DNA of 64,000 bases, from NCBI GenBank assembly GCA_043228905.1, contig JBHGNT010000004.1, positions 496,001 through 560,000 on the forward strand, written 5' to 3'. The DNA is from Azolla caroliniana (taxonomy: Eukaryota; Plantae; Polypodiophyta). Made by a program: the position numbers and the translations under genes. A model generated the notes under the pieces. That model saw only the letters and a program-made list of their open reading frames with translations. It was not told the DNA's origin and made no database searches. Position 1 is the stretch's first letter. The number at the start of each line of letters is the position of its first letter. This document shows positions 25,278-38,579 of this stretch, one piece after another.

Positions 25278-26191
25278 ATTCACGAATTTGTGTGCGTTTT
25301 GAATCTTCGTGAATTGCACTGTCAAATGATTGTGGATTGCCGATACACTTAGATACCGGTGGCATCCTATTCCATCACCAACCTATATGTAAAACATTCC
25401 CCTATTATTTCATTGAATCTATACTCGGTAAAACTTTGTGAACTGGTTAAAAATACTTATACTCCCCTTATATCATTACTTCTACCTTCTTCAGTTTTAT
25501 CTGATGTAGTATTTGAATCCTCATAATTTTCTTTGCATTTCTCTCAGGGTAATGCATTCAATCTCCCAGTATTCCATATGTATTTTACAATAAAAACATG
25601 GTGTGTAGAGATAGTTAGTTATTTGATCTTTAATCTATGCTCCACTTGAACGACCTTGCTCCAACACCATGCTAGTTTGTGATATTGTGTGAAGTGTGCA
25701 TACTTTCCTTTTCTTGGAAAGGCTAACTTTTTGATAGATTGGGAGTCATGTCTATTTTGCAATGATCTTTGAGATGATTTATTGTGAAGAGAGCATTTTT
25801 GTCTTTCCTAGTATATTGGTGAATTTTGTTTGAATGTTCTAGGAGGGAAAATGATAAAAATATTTTCTTTTTGATTGAAAAGAAACAGGTATTTCTTCTG
25901 CCTATTTTGCTACTTTTTAGAGACTGTTAATGCTTTTAAGATGCTATGATTCATGATTAGCGTGGACCAATCTATGTATAACAATTGACATCCTTATTTT
26001 GCAAGCAATATGAATCGAATAATGAAGCCTCATTGCACAATTCTAGGGATCCACAAAAGCAATGCATGATAGTGTTGGCATATTTTTCGGTTACTTGCCT
26101 TAACCATAAATGCAAGCAACAAAATTTGATTACAATGAGGGTGGCTTCTTCTTACTCCAAGTGTTACGTTTTGGGGGTTCACGTGGCCAAG

Positions 26192-26710
26192 GGTTATAGA
26201 TGTGTCTCATAAAGTTGGGGGAATATGGAGAATGACGAGAACAAGAGTTACAGATGGGTGTCACAAAGCTAGGAGCATATTATTCTTTGGGGAATTGCGG
26301 TAAAAAAGGGTTATAGATATGCTTTGTATGGCAAGAAGAATATTATTGCACAAATACGCCAAATTTTGAGAATGTGAATTCAGTGACTAGTTAATGTGAT
26401 TGTCTGGTCATCGTCTTTCTGGATTTTCGCAAAGATTGCACAAGGTGGTTATAGATGTATCTCATAAAGCTGGGAGAATATGGTGAATTACGAGAACAAG
26501 AGGTGTAGATAGGTGTCCCAAAGCTGGGAGCATATTATACTTTGGGGAATTAACACGAAAAGGATTACAGAAATTATGCTTTGTATGGCAAGAAGAATAT
26601 TATTGCACCAATACATTAAATTTTGAGAAGAATGTAAATTCAATGTTTGGTTATTGTGACCATCAATAGTGGTTGTCTTTCTAGACTTTCACAAAGATTG
26701 CACAAGGTGG
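26192..26710. repeat. Diverged tandem duplication, period about 255 bp
   Basis: GGTTATAGATG..CTCATAAAG...CAAAGATTGCACAAGGTGG starts at 26192 and 26447. Confidence 0.85.
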
Positions 26711-27337
26711 CAATAACACTCTTATAATTTAGGTTGTAGATTTTATAGTACTTAAGGAGAAACTCCAAAGGGAGCCATGTGGATTTCTTTAATTGGTTCT
26801 CATTTTAAAGTCTCATTTAGTCACTTTTAAGTTTCTCCATTGAATCTATTAATGCACAACATTGCCAAGTTAATCTTTGTATCTTCATAGTCAAGAAGAG
26901 AGAGGAGTCCACTATATTACAATATTGTATCATTCATTTACATGAATTCATACTATAGATGTCCTATATTTCTACAAAGTTTAAGTTTATGTCTTTTGAT
27001 AATGAAATAGGTACATAATGCTTAGCGATTATTATTTTTAATCAACACTGCATATTTCTCTTTATTCCTTGTGGGTTTTCACATTACATCGAGGTTTGCC
27101 ACTAAGCATTAGGAAAAATAAAAGATGCCACTGCAACACATGTACTAATCTCACCAATTCCACACTCTTTATACCTCACATACCAGACCATATACCATAT
27201 TTGTCCTCGTGTTAAAAGTTGTTCACATTTCTTCAGTTGAGGGTACACACCAATAGTAATGATAGCAAGCCACTCATACAAGCAGCTTCATATTTTACAA
27301 TTTGCACCACTTTACTAGATGATCTGAGTGCAATGAC

Positions 27338-27620
27338 GGGCTTGATCAGATAACCTCTCTGAACATACAGTACTAGGGATACACCCCAATATGGCTAACT
27401 ACTCATACATAACCTTGGTAAAATGTAGGGCTTCATCAGATAACCTCTCTAAACATACAGTACTAGGGATACACCCCAATCATGGCTAACCACTCATACA
27501 TAACCTGGTTAAAATGTAGGGCTTGATGAAATAACCTATTCAAATTTACAACTGACACCATTTTACTACATAACCTGGGTAACATGTAGGGCTTGATCAA
27601 ATAACCTCTCTAGACATACA
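27338..27620. repeat. Tandem array of about 90 bp (2 full units, 1 shorter, 1 partial) downstream of CYP97C
   Basis: GGGCTT(G/C)AT..ATAACCT recurs at 27338, 27428, 27519 and 27589. Confidence 0.85.
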
Positions 27621-27822
27621 TAAAACATGTCTTTAGAGTAGCATTCTGATCATGTGCAAGTCACTTGGCCACCAAGTGGAGAACAATTTTTTTGGAATAT
27701 ATGCACACAGCTAATATGACATGAGAGCAAGTTATTATGCATACTTAGCAAAATCATTGAGAAAGTCATTGCATGATATATGGTACAAAAAAACACTATA
27801 TGCATTCACTTTTCAAAACCCA

Positions 27823-30800
27823 TCATATGAGAATTGGTTCTCCCACTTCTTTCCTTTCTCGTTGGCTCACTGCCATGTAAAGGCCCTACAAAAAATTAAA
27901 TGACATCTTAGCCCTTAGAAAAGAAAAGTTACATTCTATTTAAATTGGACATAGTAATTGATCTATGCATACAACTTGATGATGACTTCACAAATATTTG
28001 TATGCCAAATGTCATAATAGTGTCGTTTCCCCTTAATATATCAAATTAACCACCCTAGGTTCTATGTCTGGGTGATACCTGCAAATAAAACTCAAGGTCT
28101 GTCTATAGAATAGCCACATATACCAACTAAAACCCTCTCCAATTAATCCTCGCCTATAGCAATGTCAAGAGGAGTGGGCATAACTCTAAGCATAACAGGC
28201 CCCATTAACATACCGTTATAAAAATATGCTCAGGGACAACCTACTATGATCAGCAAAACATGTCTGATATGGTTCTTTAGACAACTTACTGTAGTTGTAT
28301 GTATTGTAGCCCCCGTGGTCATGCCTATAATTTGGTTCGGAACAAGCTGAAAGTTGAGGCGTTGCAGGAGGATAGCTAACGCAACAGTTGCTTCCAACAT
28401 CGCAAATTGATCACCCACACATTTCCGTGGTCCACCACTAAATGGAATATATCTATAGTAAACAAAGGAAAGAAAACATCAACAAAAACAAAACTTTTTT
28501 TGTTTGGACATATCACAAAGATATTCTCCAAATCTAAAGAGAGACTACACTATTACCTAAAGTCTGTATTAGATTCATTTGGTACAGGCCCATCTAAATC
28601 AAACCTCTCCGGTATGAATTCCTCAGCTCTATCCCAAACCTTTATGACAAACAAACAAACAGAAGGCATTCAAATAGAATATAACTATGCCCCAAAAGAG
28701 AAAAATAAAAAACTTTTCTGACAATTCCATTGATAAAAACTCTTGATGAAAAAATACCTGAGGGGAGTGATGGATGTTGTACACCGATATCATTACATCT
28801 TGTCCAGCTTCAAGTTTATAACCTCCGGGAAGAATATCTGGTTCTTGTGCTCTCCTTATCAAAACCTATTAGCAGTACACACTACTCCCTCCCCTTAGTT
28901 TTTTCTGGGTACTTACCAAATATCCTTAAGGTTTCATAACTTTACCCTGATGCTCACACATTTTCAAAAGCCACCAATAAACCCAAGCTTTGGGAAATAT
29001 ATACTCCAATAACCCTAAATTTTCAAAATTTTACCACAAGTAATCACTTAGAGATTATTGGGTATTTTTCAAATACTTCTTAGTTTTCAAAACAAATACC
29101 TCAACAGCCCTCTTTTTTTGAAAACTTACCACAATACCACTATGTTTTTGATATTTACTTGAATAACCTCTACGTTTTCAAAATAATACCCCAGAACCCC
29201 CAGAGTACCCCTAATTTTTCACAAAAACGCCCAGAATATCGTTAACATTTCAATATTTGCCACAATACCCCTATGCTTTGGGTAATTACCGCAATACCTG
29301 AGTTTTGGGAATTTGCCGTAATACCCCTGCCTAGTTGCAATTTTTCTTGTATTAAATACTGAATATATTAGGGGTATTTTTGGTGTTTCTCTCCAATTTG
29401 AAAACATGGCCTCTCTATGGATGCTAAAAATATCTATCTATCTATCTATCTATGGGAGAATGGGAGGCAACATACCGGAGGATGAGGATAGAGTCGCATT
29501 GACTCGCTAATGCATCTTGTCAAGTATTTCAAGTCTTTCATGTCCGAAAATGTTGGGTTACGGCCCTGGAGAACCCGATCAAGTTCCTCTTGCACTTTCA
29601 AGTATGGTCCTGGATTCTGAGAATCAATGAAGAACATGTATTCTTATACTGAAGATGGCTTGTTATACTTCAGTAAAACATGTACAATGTAACAATTGAC
29701 CACAAACAAAGGTTACACCATCTGCAACATATAAAAATTAAAACTATGATATTACAATATCTTTAAGCTCTATCTTATGTTATGAAAGAAATATATGAAC
29801 ATCCTAATGTATGGCATCAGTACAATACGTCTTGTTAGATTATTTTGCAAATACGAACAAGAAAATTCACATCCACACAAAAATACTTTAAGCATGACTC
29901 TATCCACGAATTATCTGTGGAACTATCACATTTATAAAGTCATTCTTTCGCTATTGCCTAGGTATCTAATTATAATTGTGGAATGATGGAAAGTTATTCA
30001 ATGATCTTACAAATGACAGAAGTATATCTAATATGTGGCATGATCTACAGTGATCATGAAACTAAGTGTTTTCTGTGGTGCATTAAATTTGCTTTTGCAA
30101 ACCTTGAACTCTTAAATACAAAAACGTTCATGTAAATTAAAATGAGAAGGGCCATACCTTTGTCAAGAGGTATAAAGTCCATGTCAACACAGACGCCGTA
30201 GTCTCATGACCCGCCACAAGCATCGAAAGCAAATCGTCCCGCAGTTGAGTGCTTGAAACCTACGAGGACAATAAGTGATAGGGTTGGCTTTCATTCAGAG
30301 TCTGAAATAGGGGCCATTCTTGTTAGCTAAAATCCATAACACCTCTTCCCGGCTAGCCAATAGAAATCGAAGAATACTTGGATCCTTCTCATTCATGTAT
30401 TCCTCATTGTTCAGACGCTCACCCTCCGTTTCCACAATGGCTTTACATTTGGCCACAAGCTCTTCCACTGTCTCTCGTATAATCGATACAGCTTCAGCAG
30501 CTTTGATCTGTCTGGGTACCACCTTGCATAAGATCGGCACCTAGAGGATAAACCAATCGTCAACTCTAATCCAAAGACCCCTCACTTTGTAATAAACAAA
30601 CAAATGGATACATGAGCGGCAGTAGACACCTTCACAAATAAATCTCTAAAAGTGGGTTTCATAGCACATTCAAAATAGAAACTCTTCATAATTTTATTTT
30701 CAGATAATGCACACTGCCAGTTTACTCCTATAAGAATTGCTTTGCAACATTGACATTGACATTTTAGTCATGATGCAAGGATTGTGCTAACCAAAAAGAT

Positions 30801-32343
30801 ACCGGCTCAAACATTACTGATATAATTATTGGAATTATTTTGACATTCATAGTCCAAAGTTTGTTAGTAGTGAGAATGAAAAATAATTCTCTTCTTAAGT
30901 ATTCATGCACATCATTAATCGTGCATTGAAAGATTCTTAATCACTTCCATACCTTCCAATATGGAAAAATGTCAGTGGACCGAGATTCAGTTTCCTTAAG
31001 GGCTGTATATACTGCTTGTATGACTGGGCTATTGGTGGTGAGAGCATCGAAATTATAGTTGAAAATTGAAAGCCCGATGACATCTAATGTCAATTGGCTG
31101 AATTTTTCTTCCATATTCACAGAGAGGTCTTGTTGTTGTGCAGCTGAACTCAACTTTTCTACCAATCGCTCTGTGCATCTGGAGAAGACCGTGTCCACCA
31201 TTGTTGATAAGTATTTGCGATGTAGAGATGGCAATACAGCCCTTCGTCTAATCTAGAAAAATCAACCCATGTTTCAATCACATACAAACATAGGACATAT
31301 ATGCACATAAAAGAACAAAAACTCTTCTTTTGTCCTCTAGATATAATATATAGATTAATAGTGTATAACCCTCAACCATAATTTTAAACAAAACAGTGCA
31401 TCAGGAACCACTTTTTTTCATCCTTTGGATGCATCACTCAGACATATTGCCCCAGTGTGACTAAAAGAGTACCATACTCTCACCTAAAAATTGTTTCACA
31501 TAGAGAAAGAATCTCTTTTCTTCAATCGCCAGATGTGTTACATACACACATTCATTCATGCATTGACATAAACATACATTCATACATGCATATCATCCAA
31601 AAACATGCATATAAACACAAGCACACACATATCAACCAGCACAACAATACTTATATAGTTAAATGAGAAAGCATTGGTTCCTTTCTTATTGTCCAGATAT
31701 GATATGCACATATAAATAACAACAGGAGTACAACAGCAGCAGCCAAACTACTAAAACTACAACACCTACTACTGCAACTACTACTCACAGTCCAGAGCTG
31801 CCCTTCGGCGATTGCAAACCCAGACCCGAACAGGAATTCAGAGACTTCGGCGACAAGTCCCTTGGCATACTTGCCATAATTCTTGAGGACATGCTTGGCA
31901 ACGACCGGATCGCCAACAATGACGAAGTCACGGGGCCCAGCCGCGAGTCGATACACTGGGCCACTCTCCATCATCCATTTGAAGAGAGGCAAGAACAGGG
32001 CACCGCCCAACAGCTCCTTCACATCCTCCAGTTTTGCAGAGGCCACAGGAATACCACTCACATCGTCTCTACCATTCTTTAAAGAGCTGCTAAGAGAAGT
32101 GAGCCAATCAGGGCTCACCCAGGATTTCCCTGCACCAGATTTGTCAGGGTAGTTCTTGGTGGAGTCTTCAGTTTTGGTGGTGTATCCTTTGGGGCCAGAA
32201 TCTTTGCTGGAGCAACAATGGATATGGAGAGGTTGCTTGTGGGGGTGGAGGAATGATGGTGATGATGGGTTGAGCTGAAAATGCGTTCTAGGTGGCTGAA
32301 GATTGACATGATTCGTGAAGCTCGGCCCTGAAAGAGCCACCAT
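27823..32343 (-). CDS. CYP97C1: Cytochrome P450 CYP97C (LUT1-like) carotenoid epsilon-ring hydroxylase, about 570 aa, 9 exons, predicted plastid transit peptide
   Basis: Exons 32343-31789, 31252-30953, 30540-30343, 30259-30158, 29616-29476, 28865-28758, 28639-28557, 28452-28290 and 27885-27823, all GT-AG and in phase. Motifs: [13 protein letters not shown] (CYP97C N-terminus), [41 protein letters not shown] (heme Cys), MTTGATIHT. Confidence 0.97.
28890..29400. mobile_element. Degenerate MITE-like insertion in CYP97C intron 5 with repeated TTACC.CAATACCC motifs
   Basis: About 10 imperfect copies of a TTACCACAATACCC-type motif at roughly 30-bp spacing, some inverted (GGGTATT). The motif resembles the subterminal repeats of the MITE at 116-395. 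TIR and TSD not resolved. Confidence 0.5.
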
Positions 32344-32471
32344 GGCTCTGATGGGTAGTAAGTAGCAAGCAAGTAGTACTAAAACGAGTGTCCCAGGATG
32401 TATGGCCCCAAAAATCTATAGATTTACTTATGAATCATGATCTTCTTGTTTTTTCTTGTACTGATGCCGAT

Positions 32472-32492
32472 GGACAAGCACGTGACTTGTCC
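32472..32492. promoter_or_regulatory. G-box (CACGTG) inside a 7-bp inverted repeat, CYP97C promoter
   Basis: GGACAAG-CACGTGA-CTTGTCC, about 135 bp upstream of the ATG. Confidence 0.45.
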
Positions 32493-33184
32493 GCTTGCCT
32501 TTGTGGCCGGTGGCATCGCCTGCTTGAGCCGGCCCATTCCGTTCTCATTATATTGTAACTGCTTTTATCGCGCTCTATTGTTTCATCCCGCTCTTCTGAC
32601 CCTCCACTTTTTATGTGACAATCCAACCCACGATTCATCGATCCATTAGCAAAGGAATGCATATATGCATTTGTTTTGTCCGCGGGTGCGACTCAACTAG
32701 GAGTCAATTGGCTTACGCAAGGAGGAGTGAGATAATCTTGCTAAAGATTGTGATGAAAAAGGCATACATTTGGTTTGGGAAGTGTCGTTATTAATAGAAA
32801 AAGTAAGGCTAGACTAGATCAACCCTATGATCAACCTATTGTTGCCATACCTAATTGTAATAACATGGTAGAAAATCCTTATGGTTCAAACAATCCACGA
32901 TGAACTACGTATAGTATGGCTCTCTTCGTATCTCAAATTTCATTAGTGTATATTTTGCATGGGAATCAAAGAGAACCATTTGATATAAATGTCACATATA
33001 TGTCATCAGCATGTTGGGAACTAACCTTCAATGCGCCTTCCACATGTGAACCTTGCATATTCTATATTGTTGTCAAGAATATAAATTGGTCGCCCAAATT
33101 GTGTAAACCCTTAAAAAAGGTACCATGGGGTTTATATAGGCAACTAAGAAAAGGCAATGCATACCTTATACATATATAGGATGT

Positions 33185-33611
33185 TGTTGAGATATCAAGC
33201 TCAACTGTAGTTAGTTAGTTAGTCAACCACGTAACTTAGTAGTTACCTAGATAGAATCTAGTTAGAAGTGTTGATTATAACGTGGGCCACGCCTTGAATA
33301 GGACCTTATACTTAGTGGGACATTCTAGATCCTCCACTCCCAAGTACATTTAATATATGACTTACACCCTTGTACCTATATTCTCCTCACACATGTGCAC
33401 CCACCCTTGCACATGAGATCTATATAAACCTCATTGTGGGTATTTTTGTATTTGATGATACTAATTTAATATAGAATTAATCACCCCCCATCTTGTTTGT
33501 TGTTCATAGTGTTAACTTCCTCTCACGCACACATATCACTTAATATTCCACTTAACTTAGTCACATAATTAGGTACTAAATAACCATTGCTTAATTACCT
33601 GATTCTTAACA
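33185..33611 (+). mobile_element. Solo LTR, same family as 2686-3261
   Basis: TGTTGAG...CTTAACA termini, internal TATATAAA, homology to the inverted copy near 3 kb. No clean TSD. Confidence 0.7.
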
Positions 33612-35140
33612 TGCTTCAAGGATTCTAAGACACCACACTTGCTTCCCCTTTTGATAAGATTCTTAGACACAACACTCCAGAATGTTCCATGGAGTCAAAG
33701 GATGGTGTTTCTACATTGCAACTGAAGCATGACACTTCACGGACAATGAAAACATCCTCAAATAATGAGGTATATGGTGAACTTGAATATCTTTGTGTTT
33801 TTTGGAGTTGCTCTGCCATACAAATTGTATACAAGAACCTTACACCTCACAAACAATAGACGTTAATCGTCATGTGAGAAATATAGTAGGATTAAAGTGA
33901 CTGAGATTGTAATTGACAACTAATATGAAGAATATTATGCCGCTTTTATGTTAAGATCATTCTCTACCTATGCTTTATCAATCTTCTATTAAGAATATAA
34001 CCAATAGTGGTATTAGAGCAAGGTTTTAAAAGAATTTGCTATAGATCGATTTCAATGATAAAGGAAGAGAAAGAACAATGAATCGATAAATTTTTCTCTC
34101 ACGAAATACTACAAAACCAAGTAAAAGGTTATTGGGAGCCATCAAGTATCTTGCCATCTGATGATGAAAGAGAGAAAAATGATAGAGAAGAGAAGAGAAA
34201 GAGAAAAGAATACTTGAATATATTATTAAGAAAAGAATACAATCCTCTTAGACTCCAAGAGTAACAACCCCAAACAACTACTTCAATATACTATTACTAA
34301 AATAGTATTTTTGTCTTCCCTCTTTCTTCTACTAATTGTTTTCTCACTTCTTCTAATCTTCTTCTTATAGATCTTCTATTCCCCCTTCCTATTACTAAGA
34401 ATACCACATATTTATAGGGTTTTAGTTACGTTATTCTTGCTTTTTTATTTTATTTTCTTTTACATATCCTCGAGTTTGTGTGGTACGTTTTTCATATCAT
34501 TATTTTTTGTTTGTCATCCAAATTTTTCATACAAGAAAGCTCTCTTTGTCAGCTTTCTTACGAATCTTTTCTTTTGAAATTTGGATAAGAGATGAAGAAG
34601 TTATGAGCTTTTTTCTCTACCTTGCTTTTTCTACTTAATTTCCTAAGTTTTTCTCCTTTTTCTTTTTTCTTGCCTTTTCTACTTTTGAAAAACGCCTCTA
34701 ACTTTATATCTCTTCAATTTCATTCATCTCACAACTCTTGGACCTTTCATATTGTGCTTTATTCTTCTATACCTTCGCATCCAATGTATTTGTCACAGTC
34801 TTTTCCTACGAGCAAAAATCAACTTCACACCATCAAATCATATTATGTAAAAGTCTTTTTGGTTGATATATTATATGCTATAGTAATTCCGTGAATCATT
34901 TTCAATAATGATTTGAAATCTTGTTTTGTAAAAACGAAATTGAAGGTCATAATTATTCATGTGAATACCAAATCCCAATACTGATTCTAATATGAATTGA
35001 GGATCAGAATGAAGTTGCTACAAGTAGCAAAATTAGAGAAACTTGATAAAGGTAATTATCATTACTAGAAATATAAAGTTGAGATTTATTTGCATTCACA
35101 AGATAAAGAATTGGTGCAAGATAATGTCAAGATTGAAAAT

Positions 35141-35800
35141 GGAGCGTGGCAACGTGGGAACTTTAGCTCTCCTAATTGTGTAGTGTGGCCAAAGGCAACA
35201 AAATCAATCCGACACGCTCTATGGGACAACCCAGAGACCCATCGAATACGACAGGGGGGTTGGCCTCCTATTGGAATTATGCCAAGTGCAAGGCACAATC
35301 AAGTGGGGAAATGTATGTTGGTTATAATGGCAGACGCTAATTGACAAGTACAAGCATCATTAGGAGGGGATGACTTTGGTGATAAAAGCATAAGATTTTT
35401 TTTTTTTCCACCATCGACAATATCCACTCAACTCCTATTAATGTCAAATCTCAAGTTGTGTTGGAATTTGTCAACCCAATAACTCTTTGGACTCTATAGA
35501 AACAATGGTGTAGACGGGTCTTCTCCAACCAAACCACGCATCTAGTAATGTTAATGCAAGAGATATGGAGTGAAATTGTAGCCATTCTAAAGAGTCAATA
35601 TGATGACCTCAAGGGCTGCTCTGATGGAGTTGAAAGACAACGACTAGCCTTCTTCCAATATTGGTCATCCTCTCCCCTTCTTAACTTAGTGGGCATCCAC
35701 ATAAGATGGAACTATTGCATCCCTATAGGGATTTGTATATAACGCTCTCATTTGTAAAATTGTATAACTAATGGAAGGAGATTTTTTGGAAAATAAAACA
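35141..35800 (+). mobile_element. 5'-truncated LINE 3' fragment (zf-RVT-like C-terminus)
   Basis: Homologous to 57476-58050; SIRHALWD motif; ends in an A-rich tail. Confidence 0.75.
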
Positions 35801-35879
35801 TGTTTATATGAAGTGCAGAAACAAATGGGTTGCTTAGACCACTCATATATATGAAGAAAAATTATTTCTAATATATTAA

Positions 35880-36490
35880 TTGCATCTTACAATTCCATAT
35901 ATTAAGAAATGCATCACAACAAAAGATATATGGGATATGCTTGCACAAATGTATATTGACATAATGTTAGCAAGGAAAATACAACTCAAAACACAATTGC
36001 AATATTTTAAAATGGATAAATGTAAGATTGTCTTAGATTATTTTGTGAAAATAAGAAAGATGGTGGATGAATTGAAGATTATTGATCATGAATTTCCAAG
36101 AACTATTGTATATTCAACACTTACATGCATGGGCTCAATATTCCATCATGTTACCATGCAATTTCAAAGTTATTGCAAAAAGAACAAATTTGTACATCTA
36201 GCTTGCATATTTCTAATTATTAGAACGAAAATAATGCATTTTACCCAAAAATGGGAAGACCTTAAAGAGGTAGATATGTCGGTAGAGCAAATCAAAGGAG
36301 AAGCTTGAATTCCAAATGGAACTCATGTTGCTAAAAAAATTTGGTTGAGATGTTATATTTCATATTGGTCGATCGAGGTGGAAGATATGATAGACAAAGC
36401 AATCGAAGAAGAGGTAGAAAATAATGGATGAACAACATAATAAACAAGGTAATTGAACTCCTCTCATGTTCACGTTGTCATGAAAATCCA
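35880..36490 (+). pseudogene. Degraded Copia gag (UBN2-like) remnant
   Basis: TTKDIWDMLAQMY...KIQLKTQLQYFKM...VLDYFVKIRKMVDELKII matches the Copia gag pattern. A PBS-like TGGTATTAGAGC near 34007 may belong to the same old element. Confidence 0.65.
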
Positions 36491-36496
36491 TCACTA

Positions 36497-37263
36497 TGTG
36501 CGGATCGTGAGGCGGAACTGTCGGGGTCCTAGACTGGAAGGATTCGAAGTTTGCACTAGCTTTAGTGAGAAAGTATTTAAGATAGATTGAAAGAGAGAGA
36601 GATTGAGATAAGATAGAACACTTAACTTTAGATTGAGAGAGATTGAAATGGAGGGAGAGATAAAGATTGAACCCTTGACTTTAGATTTGAGGAACAAGAT
36701 ATATCATCAATTGGATAACGAATTTTCTTCTTATTAAATTCTTGATTAATACATAGATGTGTTTTGCTTCCTTCTCCCCTCTTTTATAGATGCCCCCATG
36801 CATATGATGAATGTGAGGGTGCAAGACATACATGTAATGCATGAAACACATGAGATGCATGTTGGCCATTTGGCGCTCATGCATTACATGTGTTGCATGA
36901 TAGTTACCATGTCACTCATTCAAGCTCTCATGTATGAGAATTTACATGTGAAAGTATAATGATAAAAATATAACTTAAAGAAATAATGACTTGGCTTTTT
37001 CGTTTCACACCGAAAAATCTTCAAGACATCATGCATCACGATCAACCTATTTGACCGATCTGGTCCCGTCTGTCCCGACCGGTCTGGTCATGATCCGTAT
37101 GTCCGTTCCGATTCTGTCGTCATCCATTCTGGTTCCAGTTCCAGTTCCGTCACCGTCCGTTTGGTTCCGGTTCCGGTTCCGTCGTCATCCAAAACCAATT
37201 TGAAGAACTTGGCCTCATCCATTCATCCAAGTTATATAACCCAACCTTTTTGTGCTCCTAACA
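36497..37263 (-). mobile_element. Candidate solo LTR inserted in the old Copia remnant
   Basis: Bounded by TG...CA (TGTGCGGATC...CTCCTAACA); composition differs from the flanks; internal GTTCCG repeats. TSD not clean. Confidence 0.4.
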
Positions 37264-38579
37264 CATAGATAAAATATAAAGAGATATGGCTCTACTTATA
37301 TAATCTTGAATCTGGATGTTGTCCTATCTATATGGGATATCTCATAGTTTTGTTTTACTCTTCTTCTTCTCAAACTTCACACTCACATAACTTGACATTT
37401 AGTTGTTCGTTTCAAATGTAGTAAAGTACATTTGGAAGCTCTTGAAGACATCCATCTTTTCATACCAAGATATGAAACTAATATAAAATAATATCTTTAC
37501 TATTATTGTTTCATATTGTGTGTGAAGAACCATACTCGATTTTGTACATTCCATGCAATTTTCACACCGTTGCTGAAAATCTTCACGACAACGTGTTGTG
37601 AATCCACGTGTATTACTAGAAGATTGTGTATTGAAAGATAATGTTGAAAAAATCATCTAAATGTATTGAAGAGGATGTATTGGAACTTGGAAGTTGAAGT
37701 TGAGACTAAGGACTTAATGCGATTATTAGGAAAATTGCAAATTTAATATATTTTATGCAGTAGACCAATTCACACATGTGGGCGCACTCTTTGATGGTTG
37801 CCCTAAAATTGCAAGAAATATGGGAGCAATTTGAGATTGAAGTCTTTAAAGTTAATATATGAAATTGGATTCATGGGATGACCTCACTATACACATTTCA
37901 ATATATGCAATATAGTTCTACGTGTAGGTTTGATCGAATGTACATAATGCATAATACTAATTTATTGCCAAAGATGTTGGATATAGCATTTTAACATGGA
38001 GGGGGACTTGTCTTATCATTTTCTACTTGTATTTGTATTTATCATGAGTCAGTGGCTCATTTTCATGACATTGTGTGAGAACTCTGTATGCATTTTAACT
38101 TATCTTTCCTCCATCATGACATATTCCATAGATATATGGGACAATCGTTTGTTGAATTTATGGAACATGTTTGTTTTGAAGCATGGGATGTGCTTGTTAG
38201 CAATTTTGATTGATAGATGGAATAATTTGTTAAATTATTAACCAATGCATGTGGTGCCTAAGGAGATTCAAAGTAAGAATTCTAATGACATCATTGCAAG
38301 AACTACAAATGCACACTTATCAACAAGCTAATGTATATAAGATGAGGCGAGAGTTACTCACAATAATAATTGTCAATTGCATAAATGTTTTCATGCCTTA
38401 CATGAATCACATGTTAGATACAATGTATTAAGGCGAGAAGTAAATAGATAAACACATATGGATCCATAATTCATTATGGTAATGTATGTTGAGGAATGTG
38501 TCACACAATTATTTGATTCATGTACCAATAGTGATGATACTGTTACACATGCTCGTAATTATTGTTTTGAGTAGAGTGA

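Noticed and set aside
27338-27620. 90-bp array as a repeat-spacer system
   Set aside because: The sequence between the conserved motifs is itself repeated, so it is an ordinary tandem duplication.
11549-32343. CA, CYSTM and CYP97C as a functional gene cluster
   Set aside because: No shared pathway is known; adjacency alone is not evidence without synteny or co-expression data.
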